DNA of 64,000 nt, from contig NC_043002.1 of the NCBI RefSeq assembly GCF_006345805.1, positions 57,660,001 to 57,724,000 on the forward strand. Reading direction: 5' to 3'. This document shows positions 27,171 to 40,858 of this stretch, in pieces; positions within the stretch are counted from its first letter, which is position 1; every line of letters starts with the position of its first letter. The translations under genes were made by a program, and so were the position numbers. The notes under the pieces were generated by a model. It saw nothing but the letters and a program-made list of their open reading frames with translations. It was not told the DNA's origin and ran no database searches. The stretch comes from Octopus sinensis. Taxonomy: Eukaryota.

Positions 27171-27694
27171 TTTTAGACTACAGGTTCTCAAACTTTTTTA
27201 ATACCCAGACCCGATCCAAAACCTGCATTTTTTAGGGGGTGGGGATGCATAAAAAAACAGTAAAATACAAGCTAATTTAGGAAGAAATATTATATTTAAA
27301 GAGAGATCACCGGAAGACTGCCGGAAGAATTCTGGAGAGCCACGGGAGACTCTGAGAGCCGCAGTAGAGAACTGCTATTTTAGAGATTGCATCGCGTGAA
27401 ATATTGAAAAATTCAGAAGTTTAGTCCTTGAAGCTGTATTCATTTGCACTCTAACGATTTATCCATTTTGGAAATCAGTTATTTAGATATGATCATAAGC
27501 AAAAAAATAAAAAAAATGAGAAAAAAAAATGTATAAATGGTTCAAAAGCAAAACAGAGAGCTTCTATCAAGGCATAAGAGTTACCTAAGAACAGATTTAA
27601 AGAATCTAGGATGGTTGTGTATTTGTGATATTGCCAAAAGACAAATAGTTAAATTTAAAAAAAGTTGTTATATTACTTTTACCAAACGCTCTAT

Positions 27695-28126
27695 ATTCTT
27701 TTATTTGTTTCAGCCACTTGAGTGCAGACATTCTGGAGCACCGCCTTTAGTCGAACAAATCAACGCCAGACTTATTCTTTGTAAACCTAGTACTTATTCT
27801 ATCGTTCTCATTTGCCGAACCGCTAGTTACGGGGACGTAAACACAGCATCGGTTGTCAAGCGATGGTGGGGAACAAGCGCAGACAAATGCACGCATACAC
27901 ACATACATACACATACACACGCGCGCGCACACACACGCACACACACACACATATATATATATATACACACGATGGGCTTCTTTCAGCCTCCGTCTACCAA
28001 ATCCATTCAAAAAGCTTTTGGTCACCTCGAGGCTATAGTAGAAGACACTGGCTCAAGGTGCCATGCAGCGGGACTGAACTCGGAACCATGTGGTTAGGAA
28101 GCAAGCATCTTACCACGCAGCAACAC
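27695..28126 (-). mobile_element. SINE family 1, full length
   Basis: Head, internal (CA)/(TA) microsatellite and tail are all present in reverse orientation. Confidence 0.85.
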
Positions 28127-28199
28127 GCACACATACACACACACCATATACAGATTAATTGATAGTTAGAGTTAGACAGATGTATACATAGACACATAG

Positions 28200-28590
<391 letters not shown>

Positions 28591-29107
28591 TAAGTAATAG
28601 AGGACACACGTGACAATGTGAGTCATGAACGAAAGGGAGCTAAAATATTTGACAACAAATGGTAGGAAAACAGAATGAAGTAAATAAAGAAATTGGTGCA
28701 AAGCTTGAAGCAAAAACAAGAGTCTGCAAGTATTACTGAATGGCGCCGCAAATAAGCCCCACCATATTTGATGGGTACCGTGCTGGGGCGTATGTGTACG
28801 TGTGTGTCTATGTATGTATGTATGTATGTATGTATGTATGTATGTATGTATGTATGTATGTATACATGCTTGTATGCGTGTGAATCTATATCTTTGTGTG
28901 TGTGTGTGTGCATATATATATATGCATGCGTATATATATATATGTGTGTGTGTGTGTATGTATCATGTGTATGTATATATATACACACACACACGCACAT
29001 ATATATATGTATTCGTGTGTGTGCACGCATGTATGTATATGCAAATCTATATCTAAATTTATCTGTCTGCCTGTCTGTCTATCTATCTATTTATCTATCT
29101 ATACGTA

Positions 29108-29166
<59 letters not shown>

Positions 29167-29197
29167 GTCTGTCTATATGTCTGTCTGTCTATGTATG

Positions 29198-29244
<47 letters not shown>

Positions 29245-29270
29245 TCTATCTATCTATCTGTCTATGTATG

Positions 29271-29301
<31 letters not shown>

Positions 29302-30398
29302 TCTATCTATCTATCTGTCTATTTATGTATGTATGTATGTATCTATTTATCTGTCTATCTTTAGCTAGCTACTGAAGTCGACGTTGTTTACCGTAAAAAC
29401 TAGCATCTCTTGCTATAACTTACAGGTACCGACGACAAAATAGATCAAAGGAAATTCGTTGATATTCAGTTAACGGCCATTTTTGATATTTAGTTAACAC
29501 AAATTTGTCTGATACCAAGGCAACATGCTTCCAGTCAGAAACACTAATATATGGGGAATATTTTTTCAATGTTTACTCATTTCTTTTTGTTGATTCTCAG
29601 GCTATATTCCTGAGATGCTGAAGAAAAAAGTCGCTAATATATAAAGAGCCAATTTTAGGAAACAAAATTATCTTATAAACAAAACAAAAAGAAACGCAAG
29701 ACGCCATTACTATGAAAACTGCCCAACAAACTCGAAGATAAACGAGAGAAGGTACCAGTTAATGGGACACAGTGGAATCTTCAATTGGAAATATTCTATC
29801 TGAAATATTCAGTTCTATTTGGATTATCATTTATAACAGTGCCAAGAATTGTCTAAATCTGTTTTTGAACAGCATTACCAATCACATTGATTTCTTCTCT
29901 CAGCGCGTTTATAGAAAAAGAGAAGGCGGAAAGAGACGAGAGAGTTCTTTGGCAAATTTTAGTGTCACTGTATATGTAATTAAAGTCATATATATTTAGC
30001 AAGTCATTGATGCATATCGCCAGTTCCGCAGTCTTGTCTATTAGTCTTTGGCATTTGCAGAGCTCATTACTGAAACAGCAACAATAACAATAATGGTAAA
30101 TATGATAAATGAATAAAAAATAAAATATGAAAAATTTAGTCAACCACTTCGTTATTGGTCACGTTATTTATGTGAGTTTGTATACATGTATATACATATG
30201 TATATGTATGTGTGTGCGCGTGTGTGTGTATACATATTTATGAGTGTATATTTGTGTGTATGTATATATATTTGTATTGATGTGCATGTCTATGCATACA
30301 TATATACACATAAATATATCTGTAGATGCATATATATGTGTGTATATATATATATATATATACGCGTACGTTTATATGTGTATATATATGTGTGTGTG

Positions 30399-30438
<40 letters not shown>

Positions 30439-30619
30439 AACACGTACGTATATATGTGTATACACACGCATACACACATACACATACACACATACACATA
30501 CACACACATCTATTTGCACATACACATGCACACACATCAGTATATATGTATGTATGTATGTATGTATATATATGTATATATATATACAGTTACACATACA
30601 CACACACGCGCACACGGAA

Positions 30620-30657
<38 letters not shown>

Positions 30658-30935
30658 CACGTGACCGACCAGGCCATCAGATATTGCTACATATCGCTGG
30701 TCACAATGCGCTTCGCATTGTTTTAGCCTTCAATGACGCCACCCCGGTGGCTAAGCGGGCAGGCCAACAGAAGAAAGAGTAAGAGAAAGTTGTGGTGAAA
30801 GAGTATAGCAGGGGTCACCCATCCCTGCCGGAGCTCGTGGAGGTTTAGGTGTTTTTTGCTCAATAAACACTCACAAACACCAGTCTGGGAATCGTGATCC
30901 TACGACCGCGAGTCCACTGCCCCAACCACTGGGCC

Positions 30936-31484
30936 ATGCGATACAATAAAATTAATTATAATCGCCGGTGTACCAGTACACGCCATATATTATACATATA
31001 TCATTACATTCAAGGCGAAGAGTGCACTAGATACACAATAGCTGGATAAATTTAGTGAGATGAAATTTAAAAACTTTTACAAACTTAACTTTTCTTATAC
31101 TGCAGTTTCGCCAAATTCAGTAATAAAAATAGTATTTATTTACTCAGGCTGGCTCTTCAGTAAGATTCCTGTTAATGATGGGAAGACCATATCAATAGAC
31201 CCATGTGCGTCTATCGAAATGCTCTTTCTAAGCTATTCAAAACACTGCGCAGACTCAGAACAAACCCGACAAAATAGGGGATTGTGGTATATCGTCTAAT
31301 GGTCAGAAATTTATCGAGAGAATATGTAAACAAAGATAAATGCGATACAATAAAATTAATTATAATCGCCGGTGTACCAGTACACGCCATATATTATACA
31401 TATATCATTACATTCAAGGCGAAGAGTGCACTAGATACACAATAGCTGGATAAATTTAGTGAGATGAAATTTAAAAACTTTTAC
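30936..31484 (-). mobile_element. Family B: partial tandem of a 404-bp non-coding unit with intact hammerhead
   Basis: 30936-31080 is repeated at 31340-31484 (offset 404); the hammerhead lies at 31093-31165. Confidence 0.8.
31093..31165 (-). ncRNA. Type I hammerhead ribozyme, canonical core
   Basis: The minus strand reads TCTTA-CTGAAGA-GCCA-(about 36 nt)-TGGC-GAAA-CTGCAG-TA/TAAGA. Stem I is 5 bp, stem II 4 bp, stem III is palindromic ACTGCAGT; predicted GUA cleavage between 31098 and 31097. Confidence 0.85.
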
Positions 31485-31486
31485 AT

Positions 31487-31558
<72 letters not shown>

Positions 31559-31584
31559 TTAGATATAGATATATTCATGTGTAT

Positions 31585-31805
31585 GTGTCTTTGTGTCTGT
31601 GTTTATACCCGAAATCACCGCATGACAACCGGGGTTGATGTGTTTACGTCCCCGTAACTTAGCGGTGCGGCAAAGGGTCCGATAAAATAAGTACAAGGCT
31701 TAAGAAATAAGTTCTGGGTTCAATTTGTCTGACAAACATCCTTCAAAGCGGTGCTCCAGCATGGCCCCGGTGATATGACTGGAACCAGTAAAAGAATAAA
31801 AGAAT
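31585..31805 (+). mobile_element. SINE family 1, 3' half
   Basis: GATGTGTTTACGTCCCCGTAACTTAGCGG...GGTGCTCCAGCATGGCC...GACTGGAACCAGTAAAAGAATAAAAG. Confidence 0.75.
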
Positions 31806-32179
31806 ACTGACGTAGGAAACGTGTACGGGAGAGGAAGACACACATATACACAAACATACATACACACAGATACAGACAGACATGCAGGCAGGCAGACCGA
31901 CAAATAGATAAATAGACAAGATAGGGTTTTTAACATTTAGTATATGTGTATTAATCGCTGGGAGTTGAAAGAAAACAGGAATTAAATATTGGCAGAATAT
32001 TTGTCATTAACTCCCGACAGCGATAGATTTCTGACGAGAGTTGGAAATATCTAATCTGACGAAATTGACACGATTGATGCCAAATGACGTTTAGAATATT
32101 GATTAAATGGTCACTTTACAAATGGAAGTGTGCCTCTGTGAGTGTGTATACTTAATACATACACACACATATGTATGTG

Positions 32180-32289
<110 letters not shown>

Positions 32290-32290
32290 C

Positions 32291-32326
<36 letters not shown>

Positions 32327-32494
32327 TATGTGTGTGTGTGTAACAGCAGGGTGGAATCATTCGAAAGTTACAACAATGCTAGGAAGCGTGTTATGACCAG
32401 TGGGTATACCAACATTCGATAGTCAGGTCGATACAGTGATACAGTGGTATATGCTCATACATACACTTGCATACATACATATATATATATATAT

Positions 32495-32540
<46 letters not shown>

Positions 32541-32619
32541 TTATACTAAATTTCTAAATCTCTCGTAGAGACATGTACGGTGGTGGGGCGATAGAATGGT
32601 TGTATACTGATGGCCTCAT

Positions 32620-32796
32620 GATGGCTTTGACACATTTTTCCTGTGTCCTTATATACATTTACGAAGGCTAGTTTAGGCCGACGAAGGACGATCATCCTGA
32701 AAAACGTGTCCCTAGAAGCAGCCCGGGCGGCCGGGGGTGTTTGTCTCCCCTTCGTAAATGTATATAAGGACACAGGAAAAATGTGTCAAAGCCATC
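32620..32796. repeat. Perfect 48-bp inverted repeat around an 81-bp GC-rich spacer
   Basis: GATGGCTTTGACACATTTTTCCTGTGTCCTTATATACATTTACGAAGG (32620-32667) is the exact reverse complement of 32749-32796. Confidence 0.9.
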
Positions 32797-32883
32797 GGGA
32801 GGCGTCGATGCTTCCTAGGGCTATACAGCGGTAGTGTACCCCCCTACTGTCACGTTCGTGTTAGATTGACAGTATACAATAAT

Positions 32884-32971
<88 letters not shown>

Positions 32972-33034
32972 TATGTTGGATAGATCTTTGTTCGCGTCAT
33001 CCTGTCCAGGCTACAACTGCTTACTTCTCGAATT

Positions 33035-34199
33035 TATCCAGAATCGCAGTGTGGCTTTAGAAGAAGCAGATGAACTATTCACATGGTAATTTCCATACGT
33101 CAACTTCAGGAGAAGTCCAGAGAACAGAAAATGCCATTATATATGGCCTTCATTGATCTGACAAAGGCCTTTAACTTGGTAAGTAGAAAAGGCCACTTCA
33201 TCCTGCTTCAAAAAATCGGATGTCTACCAAAGCTGCTGAGGATCATCAAGTCTTTCTATGATGATATACAAGGCACCATACAGCACAATGATTCAACATC
33301 AGCCGCCTTCCAAATAAAGAACAAGGTAAAGCAAGGTTGTGTCCTTGCTCCTACATTATTTGGCATCTTCTCGCTGCTGCTGTCACATGTCTTTGAGACA
33401 TCAGGTGATGGAGTGTTTCTGCACATTAGAAGTGATAGGAAACTGTTCAATCTCTCGCGTCTGCGTGCCAAGACCAAAATCAGAAGTGTCCTGATCAAGG
33501 AGATGCTATTTGCTTATGATGCCGCTCTGGTATCACACACAGAAGTCCTACAAATGGTCATCAACTGTTTTGAGCAAGCATGTAGCGACCTTAGTTATCA
33601 GTCTCGAGAAGACCAACATCATGGGTCAGGCTATATCGGACATCCCATATTGGGGACCACAGACTACAGGAGGTGGAGAAGTTTACCTATCTTGACTCTA
33701 CCGTCACCTACAACCTATCCCTTGATGCCGAGTTCAATATACGTATTGGCAAGGCATCTGCTGTGATGGCCCAACTCTCCAAACGGGCATAGGACAACAA
33801 TAAGCTAACCAACACCACAAAAACGAAGATTTACCAGGCATGTGTACTTAGCACTCTACTGTACGGCAGTGAGACCTGGACGCCATACACATGCCAAGAG
33901 CGTCGCCTAAATATCTTTTACCTGCGCTGCTTCCGGAAAATACTTGGCATCAAATGGCAGAATCGTGTCCCCAACAAAGAAGTCCCCAAGCAAGCAGGAA
34001 CACCAAGCATGTTTGTACTCCTCACATAAAGACGTATGAGATGGCTTGGACATGTTAGTCGTATGGAAGATGGCAAAATTCACAAGGACATACTCTACGG
34101 AAAATTTGCTGGGGGCACTAGGTCTGTTGGAAGACCGTTCTTACGATACAAGGATTTTTGCAAAAGGGACATGAAAGCATGCGGCATCAATATTAGCAC

Positions 34200-34200
<1 letters not shown>
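33035..34200 (+). pseudogene. RTE (BovB-like) LINE reverse transcriptase fragment
   Basis: YPESQCGFR, IRQLQEKSREQ..PLYMAFIDLTKAF, VKQGCVLAPTLF, LFNLSRLRAKTK, MLFAYDAAL, LLYGSETWT, RWLGHVSRMEDG...LYG...GRP.LRYKD; several frameshifts and stops. Confidence 0.9.
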
Positions 34201-34249
<49 letters not shown>

Positions 34250-34254
<5 letters not shown>

Positions 34255-34405
34255 ACAGGCTTCTTCTAGTTTCCGTCTACCAAATCCACTCACAAGGATT
34301 TAGCCAGTCTAGGTAGTTGAAGATCCCTGCCCCAGGTGCCATGCAGTGGGACTGAACCGAAAATCATTTGATTGAAAAGCAAGCCTCTTACCACACAAGA
34401 CATGT
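34250..34405 (-). mobile_element. SINE family 1, head half
   Basis: GGCTTCTTCTAGTTTCCGTCTACCAAATCCACTCACAAGG...GCAGTGGGACTGAACC. Confidence 0.75.
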
Positions 34406-34740
34406 CTGTGTCTGCGAACTGTAGACAGATAAGTTGGGCTGTTCAGAACACTTGACTATTTTTTAATTAATTCCACAACAAAGTATGGATGTGGGATTAT
34501 ATAGATGTTTAGCAAATACGTGAACAGTTTATATTTTGAAGATGTTTTGACAGAAATAAATTTCCCCTTTTCAAATTTACCAAAAAAAAAAAGAAAGAAA
34601 GAAATAAAAGTCACTTAAAAATATTCTGCTGTAGTGAATAAAAGCGTAGGAATACAAATGCCAAAGTTAAATAACTTGGCGCTTTCTCCCCCTTCACCAC
34701 ACTCTCTGCATCGTAGACAAACATGCGTATACACACGTCC

Positions 34741-34832
<92 letters not shown>

Positions 34833-34976
34833 GTCTATCTGTCTGTCTGTCCAGCTGCCTGTATGCCTTGCTGTCTGTCTAGCTGTCTAGCTGTCTTTCT
34901 AGCTGTCTGTATAACTCTGTCTTGCTGTCTGTCTAACTGTCTGTCTGTTCGTCCGCCCATCCGTCTGTCTGTCTGT

Positions 34977-35013
<37 letters not shown>
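34741..35013. repeat. (CTAT)n/(CTGT)n microsatellite, left flank of the Tx1 element
   Basis: Direct inspection. Confidence 0.95.
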
Positions 35014-35339
35014 GACGCGTGTTGTCACATCGGCTCCGAAGGTAATCGTTTATTTTGACTATTTGTAGCCCATATTTTGTGTACATTTTTGTAAATAAGG
35101 TGTGTAAGGCACCCAACTTTTGTTTGAGTGCTTTTCCCAGGGAGGAATTCGCCCCTAGGGGCAGTTTCAACCCTATTTAATTTGTGTATTTTTCTTCTCG
35201 ACATTAAAAACTGTCGAGAAATGTTATTGTAGAACGCTGGTCGCGTTCCTTTATAGACCAGCATTTTCCTAGACTTGAAACGCTAGGAGAAAAAGAGAAC
35301 TTATGCACGCACACACATTCGACAAAGACAAACCTGAGT

Positions 35340-36360
35340 GACGTGGTAGTGAACGCTGCAACCACTTGCGGTAACAGCCCTGTCACCACCACCACCACTA
35401 ACAACAACAACAACGAGACTACTACTGCTACCACCACCACCACCTCAACCCCCCCCACCACCACCACGACCAACATAAATGATAAAAATGAAACTCACGC
35501 GAATACTATTAACAAAAACAACAACAACAAGAACAACAACAAAAAAAAATATTTTACCATCTAATAGTGAAGATATTAATATAACAGAATCAACAGCACC
35601 TGTAAAAGCCACGTCCAAGAATATTTCGGATACAACAACAACAAAAACACACAACAACAACTGCCAGAATATAACAGTAAATTTCGCTGACGCCCTGCGT
35701 CAGAAAAAAGAAATAATAAAATTTACGAATGAAGAGTTAATAGAAACGAGAGCACTCTTTACAACCCAAGGGCAGGATTTAGTTCTGCATACACCTCAAC
35801 ACATAAAGGAACAAATAGAAAATAAGACAATTATATATAAAATTATTAAAAAAAAGACAAAAAAAATGAACAGATTACAAAAACGGACATAGAAAAGTGT
35901 TTAAAAAACATAATGAAAAAAAAGAATATATTAACTGGGTTCCCCAGTTTAATACAGTGGTGGTCCGCTTCCCTAACCAGGAAGTGGCAGAAGCTCACTC
36001 TACGGAGTCTTTGCAAAATGATGAAATCATCATGATCCCTTATTACAAAGGCCAGAGAGTGAGTAAAATTAGCATTTAAAATGTACCACCCGAGATACCT
36101 AACAAATGGATAATAGGAGCGATCTGTTACCATTTGAAAACGATAAGCATATTAGAAATCACCGTGTACAAAAACGACAATTGGGGTGGTAAAACAATAG
36201 AAGTGACCATCCAGATTGAGGGGTCCTCTATCGAGAACCTACCTGATAGGATCCATTTAGAAAATGGGCAAAGCCTATATGTTGTAGCAGAAGGCAAAAA
36301 GGCCTAGATGCTACAACTGTGGCAGCCCAGAACATTTAAATGCCAAGTGCGCTCTGGCAC
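35340..36360 (+). pseudogene. Tx1 ORF1 (gag-like), frameshifted
   Basis: Fragments VNFADALRQKK..., VVVRFPNQEVAEA, NVPPEIPNKWI, LPDRIHL and the zinc knuckle CYNCGSPEHLNAKC (C-x2-C-x4-H-x4-C) at 36309-36350. Confidence 0.7.
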
Positions 36361-37256
36361 AGAAAAAACAAGAAAGAACAAATCAGAAAACAAATAAAAA
36401 ACCCTTATTGCCAACACTAACACCAACACCAACACACTCAATTATGGAACAATGCCAAGAAAAACAACAAACCAGCAAACAAACCCCAACAACATCACCA
36501 AGAAAAGAAACAGCACCAACACAATCACCGTTGACGTCGCAACCAATTCAACATACTGAACCAACAAAAGATAGACCAACACCAACACCGAGGACGACAA
36601 CTAAAAAAAACAGAAAACAGTGACGAGAAGACAAATTCTACCCCTAACAATACAACAACACAAACACCGCACAAAACATCAACAATTTCTACAAGCATAC
36701 ATATTAACGCAAATGCTTTTCCGATTCCTCGGATTCGTTGTCCAACGACGAAAGTTAGACGGAATGGCAAATAGCCACAGAGGGTAAAAGGAAAAGATAA
36801 AAAAAGCCCACCAAACAAGGTAGTAAAGCAGGGAGATATTTAACTCCGGACAGCATCCCCCTAGACAATCAAAAACTCAATGAACCCGCAAAACCACACA
36901 CACAACTAACTGCAATAGACACAGACAATAAAAAATTAATGGATTACATTGCATCCAACACGAACATCTGTGAAGATGACTTTAAGACAAATAATCATCC
37001 GCGCACCACACCACCGAAACACATAAGAATTGTACACATAACACAAACACAACACCATACACTGAAAACAATATTTCCAAATGCGGTAAGCGGGTTTCAA
37101 CGATACCTCTCAAAAAAACTATACAAACACCTCCTCAAAGATACTACAAAACAAGAAGAAAAAGCTGAAACTTTCGAAATAAGTAAGTGACCTTCTCTCT
37201 TGCCTCTTGTCTCTTCCAATGTAGTGTGTGAAACATAAATTTCTTAAACGTCAATT

Positions 37257-40200
37257 ATGCTTAAATTAGGTTGTGTGAATGCGCGTGGCTTGGCGTCGGC
37301 TTGGAAGCAAGGTTACCTTCTAAACGACATCAAGTCACTGAACGTGGATATAGTAGCTATCAGTGAAACCAGACTCAGCAAGCCGCGGGCCCTCGCGTCC
37401 ATGTTTGGCGATCAATTCGACATTTATTTTTCTCCCTGTCTGCCCAACATGGGTGGTGGAGGTACCGCGGTGCTTTTTCGAAAGAGTCTAAATGTAAAAG
37501 TAAGAACAATATTCCTAGACCCGGAGGGTAGGCTGGTTGTCTTGGACGTGGATGGCAGAAATGGGTGTGCATTCCGTCTGATGTCAGTTTATGCACCGTC
37601 CTTAACGGGTCGGGCGGATTTCTTGAGACGTCTAGAGGTTTTCCTAGGTATGTCTTGACCTTTACTGTTAGTAGGGGATTGGAACGTTACCTTGGACACG
37701 CATCTAAATTATGTGGGAATTGATAGGAATAGAAGGGGGTGTAAGTGCCTCAAAGACCTACTCAGACGTTTCCATTTGTCTGACAGGTTCCGACTCGACC
37801 ATCCGAACGTGCCAATGTGGACTTGGACAAACCGCGTCGGATCGTCGAGATCTTATCTAGATAGAATTCTATGCAGGGCAGCGGATAGGGATAGTGTAGG
37901 ATGTCCACAATTTAAAATAGTCCGCTACACAGATCACAAATTTGTGATGTGTACGCTCGACTTAGATAAGACACATAGACAGGGTCCCGGCTACTGGAAA
38001 CTGAACACGTCGCTCTTAGCGCGACAGGTTTACAGGAACCGGATTAGCGAGTTAATTAAGAGGGCGCTGACGGGAGCCGTCGTTAACAACCGCTGGTGGT
38101 TCGCCCTGAAAATGACAATAAAATCGGAATCAATTAGGTTTAGCAAGGAATTAGCAATAGATCGAAATAGAGTAGAGGGAGACTTGGTTAAGAAACTAGA
38201 AGAGGCACTTACCACTGGCAGCGCAAACAACGTGCTGGCTGCGAGGATGGCCCTCGACCAACACCTCAACGCCAAGCACGAAGGTTGCGTCGTCAGAGCT
38301 AAAATTCGTGCCTTAAAGAACGAAGGGATCGAAGCTGCGCGAGAGGCCCGGGTAGCGGAGGCGCAGCGTGGCAACAGAGCCACCATTCGGTCTCTAATAG
38401 ATCAACAGGGATGCAGTTTTCTCGAACCCGAAAGGATGTGTGAGGCCTTTCAACAGCACTTTGCTCGACTGTTTGGTGCGAGTGGTAGGTCGGAACGCGA
38501 GATGGATTTCAGTGCCTACCTGACCGACCTGCCGCGGCTCTCGGCAAGAGAAGCGGAGTGTTGTGAAAATCCCATCACAGCCGCTGACGTGCGGGATGCG
38601 ATGGAGGGCTGCGCGAGGGATAAGTCGCCTGGATTGGATGCTTTACCCTACGAGCTGTATTGTCAAATGCCAGACTTGTTTGGCGACATCTTGGCATCAG
38701 TCTAATGCAACTGGCAACAAAACGGGAGAATCCCCGGTTTCGTGAGCCGAGGTGCAGTGACGTTGCTGAAGAAAGAGCCAAACAAGGGGAATTTTATAGA
38801 TAATTTCAGGCCCATCACTCTGCTCAACGCAGATTTGAAAATTTTGTCCAAAGTAATAGCCGAGAGGTTGGCGCTTGTCATTGGTAAACTGGTCGACAGG
38901 GCGCAAACATGCGCCGTGCCGGGCAGAACCATACATGACAACCTCCATCTGATGCGCTACATTGTGGACAGGGTAGTTAAGGATCCTGGCATGGGTGGGG
39001 CGCTGACCAATTTGGATCAGTCTAAAGCCTTCGATAGGGCCGAGCATCGGTACTTGGCGGCCGTCCTCAGGGCGGCTGACTACGGTCCCGTCTTCCGCGG
39101 TTGGGTCGCTGCCTTGTATAGCAGCATCCGATCGGTGATTCGGGTGAACGGTCACCTGTCGAAATCGTTTGACATCACGCGTTCGGTCCGTCAGGGGTGT
39201 CCCCTGTCGGCGCTTCTGTATGTATTGACTCTCGAGTCGCTACTGTGGAAGCTGGCGACACTGAAGGGCATCCCACGGGAACTGGGTTGCGGGACGAGCG
39301 TGTCGGCATACGTGTCGGGACGAGATCACGAGTAGAGTGGTCGCTCTCAGCCAAACATGGGCCGAGAGAAAGCTGTCTCTAAAAGGTCGGGCGGAGGTGG
39401 CGAACGCGTACATCGCATCCGTCATCGATTACCGCCTGACCGTCGTGCCTTGTCCCGACTCCACCATCACCAAACTGGAGCGCATACTCTTCCGCTTCCT
39501 TTGGAAGGGTGGCGTTCCGATGGTGGGGAAGTCCATTTGCTGTCAACATCCGTTGAATGGAGGACTGAGCATGCCGTGGTTGATGATGCGCAGGCATGCG
39601 CTGAGACTGCGACCTCTCTGGAACTTCATCGATGACGGTGAACAGGTGTGGGCGCCGTTTTTGAGGCGCGCCTTCCCGCAGCTCGTCTCACTGACCGAAC
39701 TGCAAACGTGAATCAAGAAGAGACTGAAACTGGGCGATTGGCACCGAGAGTGTCACCAAGCTCCACAGCAGCTCTGCCGACCGGGGTCAAATTTGTGCAA
39801 CTTACAAACGACTAAAGCGTTCTATAGAGGACTAGTGGAGGGGAGGTCCGACGACACACTCAGGGCAAACCTGGGCGTCGACGAGAAATTCCTAACCCGC
39901 CTGTTCAGGACGACGTTCGGGCCGGGGCCTATGGATAACTTCCAGAAATCCCTGGCTTGGCAATGCTATCGAGACGCATTACCTGTTCGAGAGAAGAGCT
40001 ACAGGCACGGTTCGAAAACCATCACCGGACCGACCTGCCCGAGATGCGGTCAGAGCGACGAAACCATTCTGCACGCACTCGTGCAGTGTCCAGATATTTC
40101 AGAGCTGTGGACCTTCGTCGAACAGCTGTTGTCGCGTGTAGGACGGGCTCGCTTATCGGCCGAGTCTATCGTGAATATTGTTCCACCACCTTCCTTTAAA

Positions 40201-40455
40201 CGGGAAGGGAAAACGGTTTTCGTTACGCTGATGGCTATGGCAAAAGAATGTGTGTGGTGGACGCGTTTGAAAGGACTGCAAACAAACACCTTCCTCTTTG
40301 GTCAGTCTCTCGTCAACTTTTTCAAGTACCACTTGAAAAGGAGGATGAGAATAGAGAGGAAGGCTTTGTCGAACGCATGTTTTAATAAAAACTGGGTAAA
40401 AGTGGAAAAAATGGTCAGTATGAAAGACGATTCTATTTTAAGCGTAAATCTGTAA
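37257..40455 (+). pseudogene. Tx1 ORF2 (APE endonuclease, RT, C-terminal CCHC); three in-frame stops and a deletion in RT
   Basis: CVNARGL, ISETRL, GDWN, YLDRI, TDHK, GPGYWKLN, KSPGLD.LPYE, FRPITLLNADLKI, LDQSKAFDR, RQGCPLS, CPRCGQSDETILHALVQC. The stops at 37656, 38703 and 39709 are in frame; the sequence jumps from SAY (39311) to the post-RT region. Confidence 0.92.
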
Positions 40456-40741
40456 CCAAAAGAGACAACGAGAGGTAAGGTGACTTACTCATGTGTTCAT
40501 TTTCGAACAGTCTGAGGTGACCTTGTTCTTTTTTGTAGGTTTTTCTTTCCAAGGCTACACCTAAACTGTGAACTTTATATATATATATTGCTCTTTTTAT
40601 ACACCACACAACCCACAGATCCCTATTGATCAAACGTTTTTTTTTTGTGCCCCACCCATCCCACCTCGAAAAGAAAAAATTCTACATTGTATTTCGTCCA
40701 TTTTTATTCTGTGTTTAGCCCTGTGTGGCTACAATAAAAAG

Positions 40742-40858
<117 letters not shown>

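Larger units (their letters stand above)
35014..40741 (+). mobile_element. Tx1/L1-clade LINE, apparently full length, defective
   Basis: Putative 5' UTR, A/C-rich ORF1 with CCHC knuckle, ORF2 APE-RT-CCHC, and a 3' UTR ending AATAAAAAG; (TATC)n on both sides. The 5' boundary is inferred from the microsatellite edge. Confidence 0.85.

Noticed and set aside
27183-27385. hAT-type MITE (CAGGTTCTCAAAC ... GAGAACTG)
   Set aside because: The termini are only loosely complementary and I could not identify an 8-bp TSD.
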